Program-made: the position numbers and the translations under genes | From: the human T2T-CHM13v2.0 reference genome, Homo sapiens | Direction: 5' to 3' (one strand) | Length of the DNA stretch: 64,000 nt | Assembly: GCF_009914755.1 (NCBI RefSeq) | Contig: NC_060938.1 | Notes under the pieces: model-generated | Told to the model about the DNA's origin: nothing | The model's input: only the letters and a program-made list of their open reading frames with translations | Database searches by the model: none | Shown: positions 32,080 through 49,204 of the stretch, piece after piece | Numbering within the stretch: position 1 is the stretch's first letter | Layout: the number at the start of each line of letters is the position of its first letter

Positions 32080-34368
32080 TGTATTAGTCCATTCTCATAC
32101 TGCTATAAAGAACTACCTGAGACTGGGTAATTTATGAAGAAAAAAGGTTTAATCGATTTACAGTTCCACATGTCTTGGGAGGCCTCAGGAAACTTATAAT
32201 CATGGTGGAAGGCAACAGGGAAGCATAGAACTTCTTCACATGGTGGCAGGAGAGAGAGAGAGAGTGAAGAGGGAAGTACTACTTTTAAACCATCAGATTT
32301 CATGAGAACTCACTCACTATCATGAGAACAGCATGAGGAAAACCACCTGCATGATTTGATCACCTCCCACCAGGTCCCTCCCTTGACAGGTGGGGATTAC
32401 AATTCAAGATGAGATTTGGATGGGGACACAGAGCTAAACCATATCATTTGGCCCCTGGTCCCTCCCAAATCTCATGTCCTTTTCACATTTTGAAATGCAG
32501 TCATGCACTCCCAACAGTTCCCCAGAGTCTTAACTTATTCCAGCATTAACTTAAAGGTCCAAGTCCAAAGTCTCATCTGAGACAAGGCAAGTCCCTTCCG
32601 CCTATGAGCTTGTAAAATAAAAAACAAGTTAGTTACTTCCAAGATACAATGGGAGTATAGGCATTGGGTAAATGTTTCTGTTTGAAATGGGAGAAATTGA
32701 CCAAAACAATGGGGCCACAGGCCCCATGCAAGTCTGAAACCTGGCAGGGCACCCATTAAATCTTAAAGCTCCAAAATAATCTTTGACTCCATGTCTCACA
32801 TTTAGGGCATGCTGATGCAAGGGGTGGGCTTCAAAGGCTTGGCCAGCTCTGCCCCTGTGGCTTTGCAGGTACAGCCTCTGTGGCTGCTTCCACAAGCTGG
32901 CATTGAGTGCCTGTGGCTTTTCCAAGTGCACAGTGCAAGCTGTTGGTGGATCTACCATGCTGGGGTCTGGAGAATAGTGGCCCTCTTCTCCCAGCTCCAC
33001 TAGGCAGTGTCCCAGCGGGGACTCTGTGTGGGGGTTTCAAACCCCATATTTTCCCTCTGCATTGCCCTAGTAGAGGTTTTCCATTAGGGCTCCACCCTGG
33101 CAGTAGACTTCCATACATCCTCTGAAACTTAGGAGGAGGTTCCCAAAGCTCAATTCTTGCCTTCTGTGCTCCTACAGGCCCAACTGCATGGAGGCCACCA
33201 AGGCTTGGGGCTTGCATTCTCTGAAGTAATGGCCTGAATTGTACCTTGGCCTCTTTTAGCCATGGCTGGAGCCTGGAGGAGCTGGGACACAGGGTGCCAT
33301 GTCCCAAGGCCCCACCCACAAAACCATTTTTCCTTCCTAGGCCTCTGGCCTGTGCTGGGAGGGGCTGTCATGAAGTTCTCTGAAACGCCCTGGAGACATT
33401 CTCCCCATTGTCTTGGTGATTAACATTTTGCTCCTCATTACTTATGCAAATTTCTGCAGCCTGCTTGAATTTTTCCCTAAAAAATGGGTTTTTCTTTTCT
33501 GTCACATCATCAAACTGCAAATTTTCTAAACTCTTGTGCCCTGCTTCCCTGTTAAACATAAGTTCCAATTTCAGATCATCTCTTTGTGAACACATATGAC
33601 TATATACTTTCAGAAAAAGCCAGGTTGCTTCTTGAATGCTTTGCTGCTTAGAAATTTATTCTGCCAGGTACCCTAAGTCATCTCTCTCAAGTTTAGAGAT
33701 CCCCAGATCTCTGAGGCAGAGGCAAAATGCTACCAGTCTCTTCGCTAAAGCATAGCAAGAGTGACCTTTACTCCAGTTCCCAAGAAGTTCCTCATCTCCA
33801 TCTGAGACCATCTTAGCCTGGACTTCATTGTCCATATTACTATCAGCATTTTGGTCAAAACCATTCAACAAGTCTCTAAGATATTCCAAAGTTTTCCACA
33901 TCTTCCTGTCTTCTTCTGCACTCTCCAAACTGTTCCAACCTCAGCCTGTTACCCAATTCCAAAGTTGCTCCCACATTGTCAGGTTATCTTTATAGCAGTA
34001 CCCCAGTATCCTGGTACCAATTTCCTGTATTAGTCTGTTTTCATACTGCTAAAAAGAACTACCTAAGACTGGATAATTAATGAAGAAAAAAGGTTTAATG
34101 AACTCACATGTTCCACATGGCTGGGGAGGTCTCAGGAAACTTACAATCATGGCAGAAGTGGAAGCAGGGACTTTCTTCATATGGTGGCAATAAACAGAGA
34201 GAGAGAAGGGGGAAGTGCCACTTTTTAACCATCAGATCTCGTGAGAACTCACTCACTATCATGAGAACAGCATGAGGGAACTGCCCCCATGGTACAATCA
34301 TCTACCAATGGGTGGGGATTACATTTCTAGATGAGATTTGGGTAGTGACACAGAACCAAACCATATCA
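32080..34368 (-). mobile_element. Full-length MaLR retrotransposon (THE1D/MSTA-like): LTR-internal-LTR
   Basis: LTRs at 32080-32446 and 34026-34368 (TGTATTAG...ACCATATCA); internal ORF fragments (EEDRKMWKTLEYLRDLLNGFDQNAD); TSD CAGCA / CAGCG. Confidence 0.92.
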
Positions 34369-35135
34369 CAGCGTCAGTGATGTCTGCAAATGACTCAGTA
34401 GCCTAGTGGTTTATGGAAGGAGTGGTGTGGCTTTTCTCACTGTGAAGCCAACTGAGTGGGCCGGTTCTCAGGCCCTGAGTAGGTACATGTAGTGTCCAGT
34501 GGCTCCACTGGTCACAGGGCCATGGTTGCCAGTGGCAGAAGGTGGCAGGTGGGCCAGGCCTCAGATCTGGGAGGTGTATGCAGCCTATGGTGGCACTGTT
34601 GATCAAAGAAATGGGGTTGCTGGTGGCAGTGGGTGCTGGCCCACCATTCCTCACACCCTGGGAGGCATGTATGTTGGCTCCCCTAGCCTGCTTTCTGTGC
34701 TAGACCACCGGGAGTATAGTACACAGTGTGGTACCTGGTGCCAGGATCATGGCTGTCCCATGGGTCTAGCTGAAGTCATAGCATTACAAGTATATAGGCA
34801 TAGTGAAATGACAGTGGAGCCCCATGGATGTGGCAATGCAGGGGCTGTTGGTCCCAGGTCAGGATGAAGTCTAGAAGTGGCACTATTCCCAAAAAGGTGC
34901 TGTGCTAGTACACCTTGGGTCCTGGGGAGTGGGGGTTGCCAGTGTGAATTTTTTATCTGGAGCAGAGCAGCTGTGTGGACTAAAGGCAGCTTCCTATCCC
35001 GGGCTCAGGGCCTGTGACAACTGTGGGGCTGCCATCCTGAGTTTCTGTGCTTCACAGGGTTTTTGTCACTTCCTTGCTGAATTTCAGTGTTCTTCTTTAG
35101 ACTATCTACTTGAAGTACAGTCATTTATTTGTTTT

Positions 35136-35338
35136 CGCCTTCACACCATGGTAAAGCTGAAAAATCATAAGTTAAATCATTGTAAGTCAGAGACCATATA
35201 TACTTGAAAAATGCTAAGACAGTAGATTTTAAATGTTCTCTCTACAAAAAATGGTAACTATGAGAGATAATAGATATATTAATTATCTTGATATAGCCAT
35301 TCCATGATGTCTGCATATATTAAAACATCATGTTGTAC
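35136..35338 (+). other. MER47-end plus L1MA-3'-end composite, an inverted copy of 40734-40931
   Basis: Its reverse complement aligns by eye with 40734-40931, including the same MER47/TA/L1MA junction. Confidence 0.75.
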
Positions 35339-35861
35339 TCCCTCTCCTTCTTCATAAAGAAGATGAATGTTGGGCACGTCTAGTCCACCATCTTGATGAC
35401 CCCTATTCTCTTACCTAAATAGTTGGTGAGATAAATTTTTCACAGTAGAAGTATTTGAACTGACAAGAATGAGTAATAGAATTATTGTATCATCATTTTT
35501 TAACCCTTAATGAAAAAGTATAAGATCTAGGCAGCAATTATCACCGACTTCTAATATCACACACAGAGAGAAAATAATCTAAGTAGTTAGCATAAATTAT
35601 GGAGTAGTCATGCCAAATATTTAGACCAGAATCTGATTAAGTCTCCAGATCTAACTACTAATTTGTAGGTAATACATGAAACAGAGAAACATGGTAAGTG
35701 AAACTATGAGAATGCAATAAGTAAATGTAGAGTATGGAAAATCCTGTAGGAGAAACAACCCAGTTTTTCAACAAATAAATTGTAAGAAAAAATTAAAGGA
35801 AAGATAATCTATAGATTTAGAAGATTGTGGGTTTTAAATTGATAATGTCAAGAGGGTTTTC

Positions 35862-38816
<2,955 letters not shown>

Positions 38817-39059
38817 TCAAGGAGACTCCCTATATTTTAGAGTTACGTTGCTAAAATACATGTAGATGAAATGATATGATATCTGAAGGGTAAATGTGGA
38901 ATGAGTAAATAAGACTGGGCATAAATTGATAATTTTTGAAACTAAGTGATAAATAGTACATGAGGGTTCATGTACTGTTTATTCTTTTTGCTTTTTCTTC
39001 TTTCATGTGTTTATATTTCCTGTAATTAAATGTAAAACAAAACAGAAGCCATGTGCTTA

Positions 39060-39530
39060 GATCATAACTCAAACCCTTTTTTTAGCCTTGAGGTTCAACC
39101 TAGTCTGACCTCTACTTACCTCATCTCTACCATGCTTACCCAAGTTCAGAGTACATTTATTTTCTTCCCTTTTTTTCAGATATACCAATTTCATTAACAC
39201 TTTAGGGCCCTTGAACTTATGGCTGTTCTCTCTATCTGGAAACTTTACCCTTTAGATCATTAGTGTTTATTTCTCGATATACAGGTCTTATCTTAAATGT
39301 CATCTCAGAAGAGCAGGCTGTCACCATCACTATCATCTTATCTTATTTTCTTCAAAATGCTCATCATGATTTGATGTCTCCTTTTATATTTATTGATAGT
39401 TTCCATCCATTAGAGTGTAAGTTCCATGGTGGTGATGCTGTCTTCTTGACTATCTTGTTCACTGTTAACTTTGCAGTACTTCAAACAAGTACTTGGCAAA
39501 TATGGTACTCAATGTTTATTGAGTGAATCA
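39060..39530 (+). mobile_element. L2 3' remnant
   Basis: CTTAAATGTCATCTCAG..TTAGAGTGTAAGTTCCATG..TACTCAATGTTTATTGAGTGAAT. Confidence 0.6.
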
Positions 39531-40866
39531 ATTAAAAGTTCATAAAGCTGTTTAACTATAAGACATGATTAATCTTTTAATATATAACATCAGCAATATA
39601 TAGTACAATTGCCTAGCAAAAGTATTTGAAATTCAGTTGGCATTTTCATTATTAATGTTTTCAAAGGCTCATGTGTGGGAAAATTAGCTCTTAGCAAAGC
39701 TTCAGAAAAATGTAGAAAATTCACAAAATGTCAAATTTTCTCTTAGCATTTATTTTAAAATACCTGCATTTTCCGTAATTAATGTCATGTCTTGTTTAAG
39801 GCTGTTTTTTATATCCAGATAAGCAGAGATTAAGTTTTATGTGTGTTTATATGTGATATGAAAATTGGGTAATAGTTCTTGGCTTGTTAATAATTATGAA
39901 ATATTTTCAATTATATCTCCCATCAAAAAGGAACTGAGAAACACCTTAGAAATAAATGCATAGAAGAGATGAGACCATAAAATTATAAGACCTACTCTTT
40001 TTTAAAAAAATACATGAAATACTATTTTGTCATTCAAAATAACTACTGAGGGAAGTTGTCCATAATGGTTATTGAATAAAATGATCTGTTTTACTAATGA
40101 AGTAATTTTGCATTCTACTGTTTAGTATTGAAGATTCATGTAGGATGCAAAAACTCGTGGGTTCCCTTCTCCTGAGTGTTAAAGAAGACAAGCTTTTCCT
40201 CCATGGCACAATAGGGGATGAAGACTTAGGCTTGTTTTACCATAGCCAGGTGGACGGTTCCTCTTACCATCCTCCATGTATGGCACATAGGAGTCTTAGA
40301 ACATACCCTTTCCACCAGAAACATCCCACTATCGACTTTAAAAAAAACAAAAAACAAAAAAAAAGGTCTCCTAAGTCCAAAGTGCTATAGATCTAGAAAA
40401 TTCTTCAAATTTGGCTCCTTGCCAGGACAGTTTTTATTCTGAGAAGATTTTGTAATTTGTTTATTCTTTTTTAAATTTCTTTGTTTTTTTCTTTATTTAA
40501 TACAGCTTTATTGTGGCTTGTCGTGTAGAAAACACTATGAGATTATAGGGGATAATATGGAGTTGCCTTTGATAATTTTATTTTTGGAACTTCTCTTTTG
40601 GAATTACCTTTATAATGAGTCAGTTACATATATGCCGCATATAGTCGTATCTTTTTTTCTAATGGAAGATAAAATTTTTATATTTATTAATTTTGAAATT
40701 ATTTTTACTTGACAAATATTGTATGTATTTTTGGTATAGAACATGATGTTTTAATATATGTAGACATTGTGGAATAGCTATATAAAGCTAATTAATTACC
40801 TCATATACTTAGCATTTTTTTGTGGAGAGAACATTTCAAATCTGTTCTCATAGTAATTTTCAACTA

Positions 40867-41299
40867 CATATGGTGTCCAACTTACAATGATTTGACTTAT
40901 GATTTTTCAACTTTACCATGGTGTGAAAGCAATGTTCATCTAGTAGAAACTGTACTTTGAATTTTGATTCTTTCTTGGGGTAATGATATGTGGTATAATA
41001 AATATTCTCTTGTATCTTGTATGCTGGCAAGAGCAGCAAGCCATTCTGTTACTCACTTTCAGTATGGTATTCAGTACATTACATGAGATGTTCAACACTT
41101 TATTATATAATAGGATTTGTGTTAGATGATTTTGCACAACTGTAGGCCAGTATAAGTGTTCTGAGCATGTTTAAGGAAGGGAAGGCTAAGCTATGATGTT
41201 TGGTAGATTAGTTGTATTGCATGCATTTTGACTCACATTATTTTCAACTTAGTATGGGTTTTTTGGGACATAACCCCACTGCAAGTTAAGAAGCATCTC
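40867..41299 (-). mobile_element. MER47 (Tigger5-derived) MITE
   Basis: TA-flanked; antisense to the MER47 motifs seen at 177-605. Confidence 0.8.
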
Positions 41300-41392
41300 T
41301 ATACAGTATATTGTTATTAACTGTAGTCACCACTAGAGTTGTACAATAGAGTTCCTGAACTCTATTACTTCTATTACTCTATTACTTCTGAC

Positions 41393-41396
<4 letters not shown>

Positions 41397-41473
<77 letters not shown>

Positions 41474-41738
41474 TGTCACTTTGCAGCCAGGCTGGAGTGC
41501 AGTGGCACAGTCATGGCTTACTGCAGCCATGACTTCCCTGGGCTTCCTCCCACCTTAGCCTCCTGAGTAGCTGGGGCTACAGGTGTGTACCACCACACCT
41601 GGATAATTTTTGTATTTTTTATAGAGATGGGGTTTTGCTGCGTTGCCAGTCTGGTGTCAAACTCCTGGGCTGAAGCAGTCCATCCACCTCAGCCTCCCAA
41701 AGTGTTTGGATTATAGGCATGAGCCACTGCACCTGGCC
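41397..41738 (-). mobile_element. AluJ with compound (TG)n(AG)n tail
   Basis: Dimer whose tail is replaced by about (TG)15(AG)21 at 41397-41468. Confidence 0.9.
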
Positions 41739-42119
41739 TTACTGCAATTTTGTGTACTTTGACCAACACTCCCCCATTCTTCCACTATAACTGCCATTCT
41801 ATTCCTTCTATGAGTTCTACTTTTTAGATTCCATATATAAGTGAGATCATGCAGTGTTTGTCTTTTTGTGCCTGGCTTATTTCACTTAACATAATACCTT
41901 CTAGATTCATCCACGCTGTCATAAATGACAGGATTTCCTTCCCTTTTTCAGGCTGATTAGTATTCCATTGTGTATATGTACCACATTTTTGTTATCCATT
42001 GATACACACTTAGGCTGATTCTATATCTTGGTTATTGTGTCATATATTGATTAAAAATATTACAGTTTACAGTATTGCCTATTTACCAGATCTGGCTCCA
42101 TCTACTTTTTACATTTTAC

Positions 42120-42283
42120 TTTATTTATTTATTTATTTATTTAGAGCTAGGGTCTTACTCTGTTGCCCAGGCTGGAGTGCAGTGGTGTAGTTATGGCACA
42201 CTCAAGCTCCTTGGCTCAAGTCGTCCTCCCACCGCAGCCTGCTGAGTAGCTGGGATTACAGGCATGAACCACCATACCCATCT
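42120..42283 (-). mobile_element. FAM/FRAM Alu monomer
   Basis: Monomer with (TTTA)n tail; TSD TACTTTTTACATTTTA. Confidence 0.8.
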
Positions 42284-42474
42284 TACTTTTTACATTTTAA
42301 AATTCAAATCCATTCTCATAGGAAAAAGGTTTGTTACCAAGATATTTGAAATATTACACTTTGTAAGTAGTTTTAAAAGAGGTGTGTGAAAAATGTTTTC
42401 AGCAGCCACAACACCATTAAATGATGTATATAGCCTTTCAAGCTTACAATATTTAAGAAGATAACACTTCTGAA

Positions 42475-42657
42475 TTTTTTTTTGGAGATCAGTCTCACTC
42501 TGTTGCCCATTCTGGAGTGCAGTGGCACAATCATAGCTCACTGCAGCCTCCAACTGTCCAATTCCTGGGCTCAAGTGATTCTCCCACCTCAGCCTCCCAA
42601 GTAGGTGCATGCCACCATGCGCGGCTAATTTTCTAAATTTTTTGTGTAGATGAGGTC
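42475..42657 (-). mobile_element. Partial AluJ
   Basis: Right arm plus linker only. Confidence 0.85.
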
Positions 42658-45600
42658 AGTGCTTTTCAATTTTTTAATTACAAAGAAAATATATATCCTG
42701 TATAGACTCAAGCAGCATCAATACAGAAATATATAAAGTAAAAGAGTGAAGGCGTCCCACCCCTGGCCTTGCCCACTCTCACCATTTGGAGTAATAACTC
42801 ATAATTGCTTAGTAAGCATTTTCCCAGACTTTTCCTAGGTACATACATGTATGTGTGTTTACCTCAGTATAGGTTTCTCCCTTAGTAGTGAAGTGATAGT
42901 AGTCATATAGTTTAGCAACCTGCCTTTTTTCACTTAATAATATATTGTGATCAGTACATATAAATATATCTCATTCTGTTTATTGGCTTACTAGTATTTC
43001 GTAGTATTGAGTGACAGTAATTTACTTAATCATTATCTTATTAAGCAACACTGATATTTGATCCTAGTTTTCATTATTAAAAATAATACTGCATTCAGAA
43101 TCCTTGTGTATGGGATAGCACTGATTTTGGATATATAGTTTCTGTGTTCATCAAAGAATCTAACAAAGCATGGATTATGAGTGTACATGTATGTACATGA
43201 GCTAAGTGAGACAAATTATTACCTATATGAATTTGATGTTTTCCTAGGTGCCTTTACATTGTACTAAGTTTTTTGGGGATCAGTTTTATAAATAATTTTT
43301 CAACAGAAACATATCAGAAAGTTTAGTTAATCATTCTTTAATTACCCAGGATGAAATTGAATTGTTGCTATAGCTAGGTTTTTGGGAAAAGGACAAATTT
43401 GCAGGTTCTTCAGAGAGCTTTGGTTTTTAAAATATAAGGTGAAAGTATCTTTTAAAAATCTTTTCTAACTATATTGTAACTTGAGTATTGTGGATAGGCC
43501 TTGAGGCAAGTATAGTACTGCTGAATCATTTGGGAAGTTGAAATCATATTCAGGAACTTTCTTACTTAACTGAACTAGAATAGCTTTTAACATGTGATAG
43601 CACCTATAAAATTGATTAGGAAAGAAAAGCTTAGGATGAGTAGTTTTTGAAGGACATCAAATACCTTACTTGTAGCTTCATGGGTATTTGGCTTTACTTC
43701 ACTTTGATGGTCATCACTAGACAAATCTTCCTCTTATATGGAAATCATGCCTAAAGCATATTCTAGTATAGAACCCAAGGCCTTCAAACCACCCAGTAAG
43801 TGTTAGTATTGATCTTGGATGCTTCATATTTATGTGAATGACTATGTTAGATGACATATTAAATGATTCAGTTGTTACAAAAATACAAATTTAGGAGTAT
43901 TCATGAAAGCTTCATATACAGAACTTTGTTGCCATAATTGTTTGGCAATTTAAATGCATCCAGATCCAGTTTTTGGGAAATTGTTGCTCCTGCACATTGG
44001 GACTTCTGTGGCCCACACTGCTAATGGGTGTGGCATAGCCTTCCTTGAAGGCAAGAATACCAGTTAGTCTTTTTTTTTTCTAATGAAAAAACATTTTTAC
44101 ATTTGCACATCTGATTTTGGAGCACATGACTTTCAGATTCATAGATAATTGCTGCTGAGCTTAGCTTATAATGTTTGGCCAAATAATTTCTATCACAAGC
44201 CTGAGATTGCTGATTGAGAGGACTTAGCCAAGTAAGACTAACCAATAATTCTTGAGTTTTCTTCATAGATCCCTCATGTAGCTTATTGAATAGTCTTCAT
44301 AAAACCATGAAAATATTAGTTATGCTCTGAGCTTCATCACGGGTCTATGTGAGAAATGTATATGCCTCTATTTCTTTTGGAGGATGATGGGAGTGGAAGA
44401 GGAACAGTGGGGATGAAGGTTACTGTTCTTGAAAGGGTGTACATTTTCTAGAAAGAATATAGGCTTTGATGCCAGAGGTCAGTAGCTTTGGTGGTTGGAG
44501 GGTGTGGAAGGTCTCTTTTGATTGCCTCTGTGTTTATCAAGAAAATAACATCTTTATTGCATCCATGTATGCCTGGCACTATGCTTAGCCTGAAGGTACT
44601 AAAGTAAATAAAACTTGTCCTTTGTCCTTAAAAGAGAGAGTTCACTATCTAATAAGAACAGAGAAGTATGGCTCTATTGTTAATATACACTTCTTCCAAT
44701 TTTTTGGTTTGTGCCCAAGTTTTAGCTTTAGTTTTATCAATGTAGGTCTTTTTTTCCCCTTATGTGTTCATATGTCCTTGATTAGGGAGGAGAGAGATTG
44801 AAAGAAAGAGAAACACTGAGAGAGAGATTGAGGTGATTGATTTATTCAGACCATTAGCTAACTTACATTTTATGTTGGCAATCTGAATATATTTTTTGTT
44901 TTGATTTATTGTCCTATACATTAATATTTCAGAATTACTGAGAGTATGTCTTGTTTTCTGATGAAAAGTAGCTTGGTCAGAACTTTAATTTTATTTGCTC
45001 ATTCATAACTAGTTTGTTGTGTTAAATACAAGAATCTAACATTAAATTATGCCTGTTTGATGCAGTTTTGCAAAAGTGTGCATTCGTCTTGTCAAAAATT
45101 ATTTCAACTCTAGAAGAGAAAAAAAGAATTACATTAAAATGTGACTTACAATTTATAATCTAATTAACAGTCCAACTGATAATAAAGGTTTTTAAACTGA
45201 CAGTCATGATATTTGAAATAAAAATGACTTATCTGGACACTGGTACTGAAACTAAGGCAGACAAAATATGCTCCAAATAGCACATTTTTGTCACGATAAT
45301 CTTACTTGAGAAACCATAGATGATTGAGTTAGTTAGTTTTGATATAGAACACAGGCCTGTATTGAGCCCTATCATGATCCAATTATTTTTTCTTCTATTT
45401 CATGGCATGGCTTACACCTCAAACTCTGGCCTGCATTCTGTTATGTATGTGCCACTGGAGACAGGGACAGATGAGAGAAAATTAGAGTACAAGCTTTACT
45501 GGTTTATAGGTCTTTGTCATAATTTTTATTTGGGTAGGATATAATGATGCTTATGTAAGTAATATTAGTTTCAGTTTTATAGAGAGCAAACTGAGATGAT

Positions 45601-48478
45601 TTTCACCAAGATTACAAGGGATGTACTAATTGGTTTCTTTATTGTATTCCTATCTCCACTTCATGAGGGTAGGGACTTCAGGGATCTTGTTCATTGCTGT
45701 GTCCCCAGTGTCTGCAACAGTGCTTGGCACATGTAAATGTTTGTATTAATTTCTGAGTCATGACTGAACTCCATAATGATTATCCCATTATTTATACTCA
45801 GACTTTACATATGCATATTAATGTGTGATCTGTAATATAAGATAAATATGAAGACAGCAGATACCTATTTAGGCAAGAACAACCTCTAGATACATTGCAA
45901 CATTCACTTGCTCATCAGGGCAGAAGATTATTATGAGCAAGTCTAGATATAATGACCAATGTACTTAAATGAGAATGAAGAAACAGCTGCTCACTTAATG
46001 GTCTTTTAATGAGATGCATAAAATTTGGTCCATTCTCTTATTTCTTTACAATTTAGTGATCTTAAGTTTCTTAGATGTCCTTTAGGTATTTCCGAAGTAA
46101 TTTTGTAGCTTAGCAAGTTGCAAAGTGCTGAAGTTGATAACATGGGAACTAGGTTGTTTTATGTGTTCATTTCTTTCTCCAGTTCTTAATCCTATTTCTC
46201 ACCGATATCTTTATCATCTGCTTTGCAATTCTCATACATGTATTCCTTAATCTTTCTCAAAATCTTTTGTGTTATAGGTAAGGGCTCCTGCATTATTTAG
46301 TTCTCACTAGGACACCTACATATTACATTAAATTTATTGTTTTCTCTTCAGCTTTGTAAGTGGCAAGTCTATTTAACACGGGAAAGACATAGGTCACTAA
46401 AATGTAGGAATTTAATTGATATATTCAAAAAAAAGGTCTGACTTCTGCTTACTTCTTAGCTTCCATTTTTAGTCCTTTGTTATTTTAAAATTGTATTTTG
46501 GCCCAATGTTTCCACACTTCGTTTTAATCTTGAGAACTTTCCCTTTAATTTTCAAAAAGCCATTTAACTCCACTTAAGTCATCTAGGCACATGGAAAAGA
46601 TATTTTTAAAATTACACATTCAGATCATTTTGTAATGTGATTACCTCACAAATGTACAAATATGTTCTTAGCATTTCGTTCTAAGTGTAAACATGGTACA
46701 CTCATTGAGAGAAATTTTAATTTTGACTTATGATAACCTGGACCAAGGAGGATGGGGCCATATTAGGCTTGACTCTGCCTTTTAGCTGGTGTTCTAGGTG
46801 CTGAGGACTTGTCCCCAGGCCCACATGGCCACCTGTCCACATCCCGAATTTACAGATTCAAATCTAAAGACATAAGCTCACAGACAAATTAATCAAATAC
46901 TTAATTCATAAAAGCAACAGGTTTTTTTTTTTTGCCTTAAAACATCTAGCAGAGACAACATAAATCTGCCTGAATAGACTCAAAAATATCTAAATTAAAT
47001 TTTGAAAATGTTTCTCTTTTATTTTACCAATGATTTTAAAGCTATCTTTGTTTACCAAAGATTACTAAAGTCATGTGAACTTGAAAAGCATTTGGGCTAA
47101 TTAATTTTGACTACCTCTTTATTTATAAGCCAGTTTGGTACCATAAAGAATATATAAACAGACATGTACACATATGTATACACAAAAATACAGACAGACA
47201 GAAATAAGGATCTTACAGCTTTAGTTTTAAAACTTTAGCCATGAGTTAGGTAAAACTCACTAGTTTAAAAGGACAGTTGTCACTCTTATAAATGGAACAG
47301 GCTGAAATTTATATGTCTCATATGGCCCAAGCCCTTACTGAGTTATAGAAAAAAAGCAGGGTAGCAAATTTATATCTCAAAGCACACACAAATAGAATTT
47401 AAGTTTTAAAGGAGTTTGGTTGTGTTTGTTAGAGGAAGATTAAAAATGGATGCCAAAGTAACACAAAATCATAGGGATTTACCACAGGATTTTATGAGGA
47501 AACCAATTTTATTTAGAATGATAGTTTTTAACTTAGTCTGTTTTCCAACTGGACCATTGAGCGCAGGGTAGAGCCCATTAAATGGAGCACTGTCAACAAA
47601 GCATTTGCAGTTTTTAGGGCCTAGTCATTTAATTATGTGAAAAGCAGCCTCCGGTTGGAAGGCAGAACATTTAGATTTTTTAAAATAAAGGATTCTGCTT
47701 TTACTTGAACCCCCAGTGTCCTGAAAGAGGAAAACACCATGGGACCCAGCTGCACAATGTTTCCACAGTGTACTTTGCTCCAAAGAAATTTCTCTGAGTG
47801 TTTAAACTTCACCTGTCTTATCTAAATGCTCAAAGAAACAAGTAGCCCCATTATAGTAATACCCATTTACTATAAACAACTGCTGTCGGCCACCTCCAAA
47901 ACTGCAGTTATCGCCATTGACTTATCAGCCATCACATACAACAAAGTCAAGTTTCTCTCTCACAACTGTAAAGTCTCAAAGTAATCTCTGGTACCCCAAA
48001 AGCCAGTGAGATCAGGTAACACAAATACAAATGAGAGTAGAGTTTTAGAATTGAGAAGAATCTGCCTACGATTCTTTAAATTCCACAGGAAGACCGAAGA
48101 CCCCCAAAAGGGGTTGTTGGCACCTTTTCCTTTGTTCCTTATGGAGTCTGATTCATTAGAAGTTCCTCCCAGATTATTTTATGTGGTACTGAAGATGGCA
48201 AAGAGGAAGAAAGAGTAGGGAGAAGTAGATGGGAGAATAGTTCTTAAAAAAGGAAGCAGAGGGAACAAATACATAATTAAAAAAAAAAGATTTTAATCTA
48301 CTGAAAAAAATTTTCTAACGGCAAAATCCAAACAGAAGATAAAAGTGCCCCCCTCAAAGCCCCATATATATATCAGCTTTAATTAAGCTGACTTCTGATC
48401 ATAGAGCTCTTTTTAAAAAATCCATTCAAATCTCTTGTTATTAGATTTTAGCCAGGACAAACAGCTGCTATTTCTGGC

Positions 48479-48798
48479 TTATTTATTTATTTTATTTATT
48501 TTTTGAGACGGAGTTTCGCTCTTTCAGCTCTTGGCTGGAGTGCAGTGGCGCGATCTCGGCTCACTGCAAGCTCTGCCTCCCGGGTTCAAGCCATTCTCCT
48601 GCCTTAGCCTCCTGAGTAGCTAGGACTACAGGCGCCCACCACCATGCCTGGCTAATTTTTTTGTATTTTTAGTAGAGACAGGCTACTAAACACCATCACC
48701 GTGTTAGCTAGGATGGTCTCTGTCTCCTGACCTCATGATCCGCCCGCCTCAGCCTCCCAAAGTGCTGGGATTACAGGCGTGAGCCACCACGCCTGGCT
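48479..48798 (-). mobile_element. AluY/Sc-like
   Basis: Dimer; TSD TATTTCTGGCT. Confidence 0.93.
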
Positions 48799-48895
48799 TA
48801 TTTCTGGCTGTTTTAACCAAAGGTAACTTACCAAGTAGCAAAGCAGTATCCCCACAAGTTGAAATTCACACAAATATCAAACCAACAGGGACTGC

Positions 48896-48966
48896 TTCCC
48901 TGACTGGGAATTGAACCTAGGATGCAGCAATGAAAGCACAAAGTCTTAGCCACTAGACCACAGGGT
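48896..48966 (-). pseudogene. tRNA-Glu(TTC)-like pseudogene inside the ERV internal region
   Basis: Minus strand ACCCTGTGGTCTAGTGGCTAAGACTTTGTGCTTTCATTGCTGCATCCTAGGTTCAATTCCCAGTCAGGGAA versus tRNA-Glu TCCCTGGTGGTCTAGTGGCTAGGATTCGGCGCTTTCACCGCCGCGGCCCGGGTTCGATTCCCGGTCAGGGAA; many differences are CpG decay. Confidence 0.85.
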
Positions 48967-49045
48967 GGATGTGTTTTTTTATTTTGTTTTGTGTTTTTTT
49001 TTGTAAATCTTGCAGGGAGGCGAAAGCAGGCAGTTTGATCATTTA

Positions 49046-49204
<159 letters not shown>

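Larger units (their letters stand above)
40700..42040 (-). mobile_element. L1MA-type 3' end interrupted by MER47 and an Alu
   Basis: AACATGATGTTTT..TTTTTAGATTCCATATATAAGTGAGATCATGCAG..TGCCTGGCTTATTTCACTTAACATA. Confidence 0.8.

Noticed and set aside
32448-34025. Overlapping GC-richer ORFs as a coding gene
   Set aside because: This is MaLR internal sequence with a fragmented ORF.
48896-48966. Functional tRNA-Glu gene
   Set aside because: CpG-decayed stems, a one-base deletion in the acceptor region and an ERV context indicate a pseudogene.
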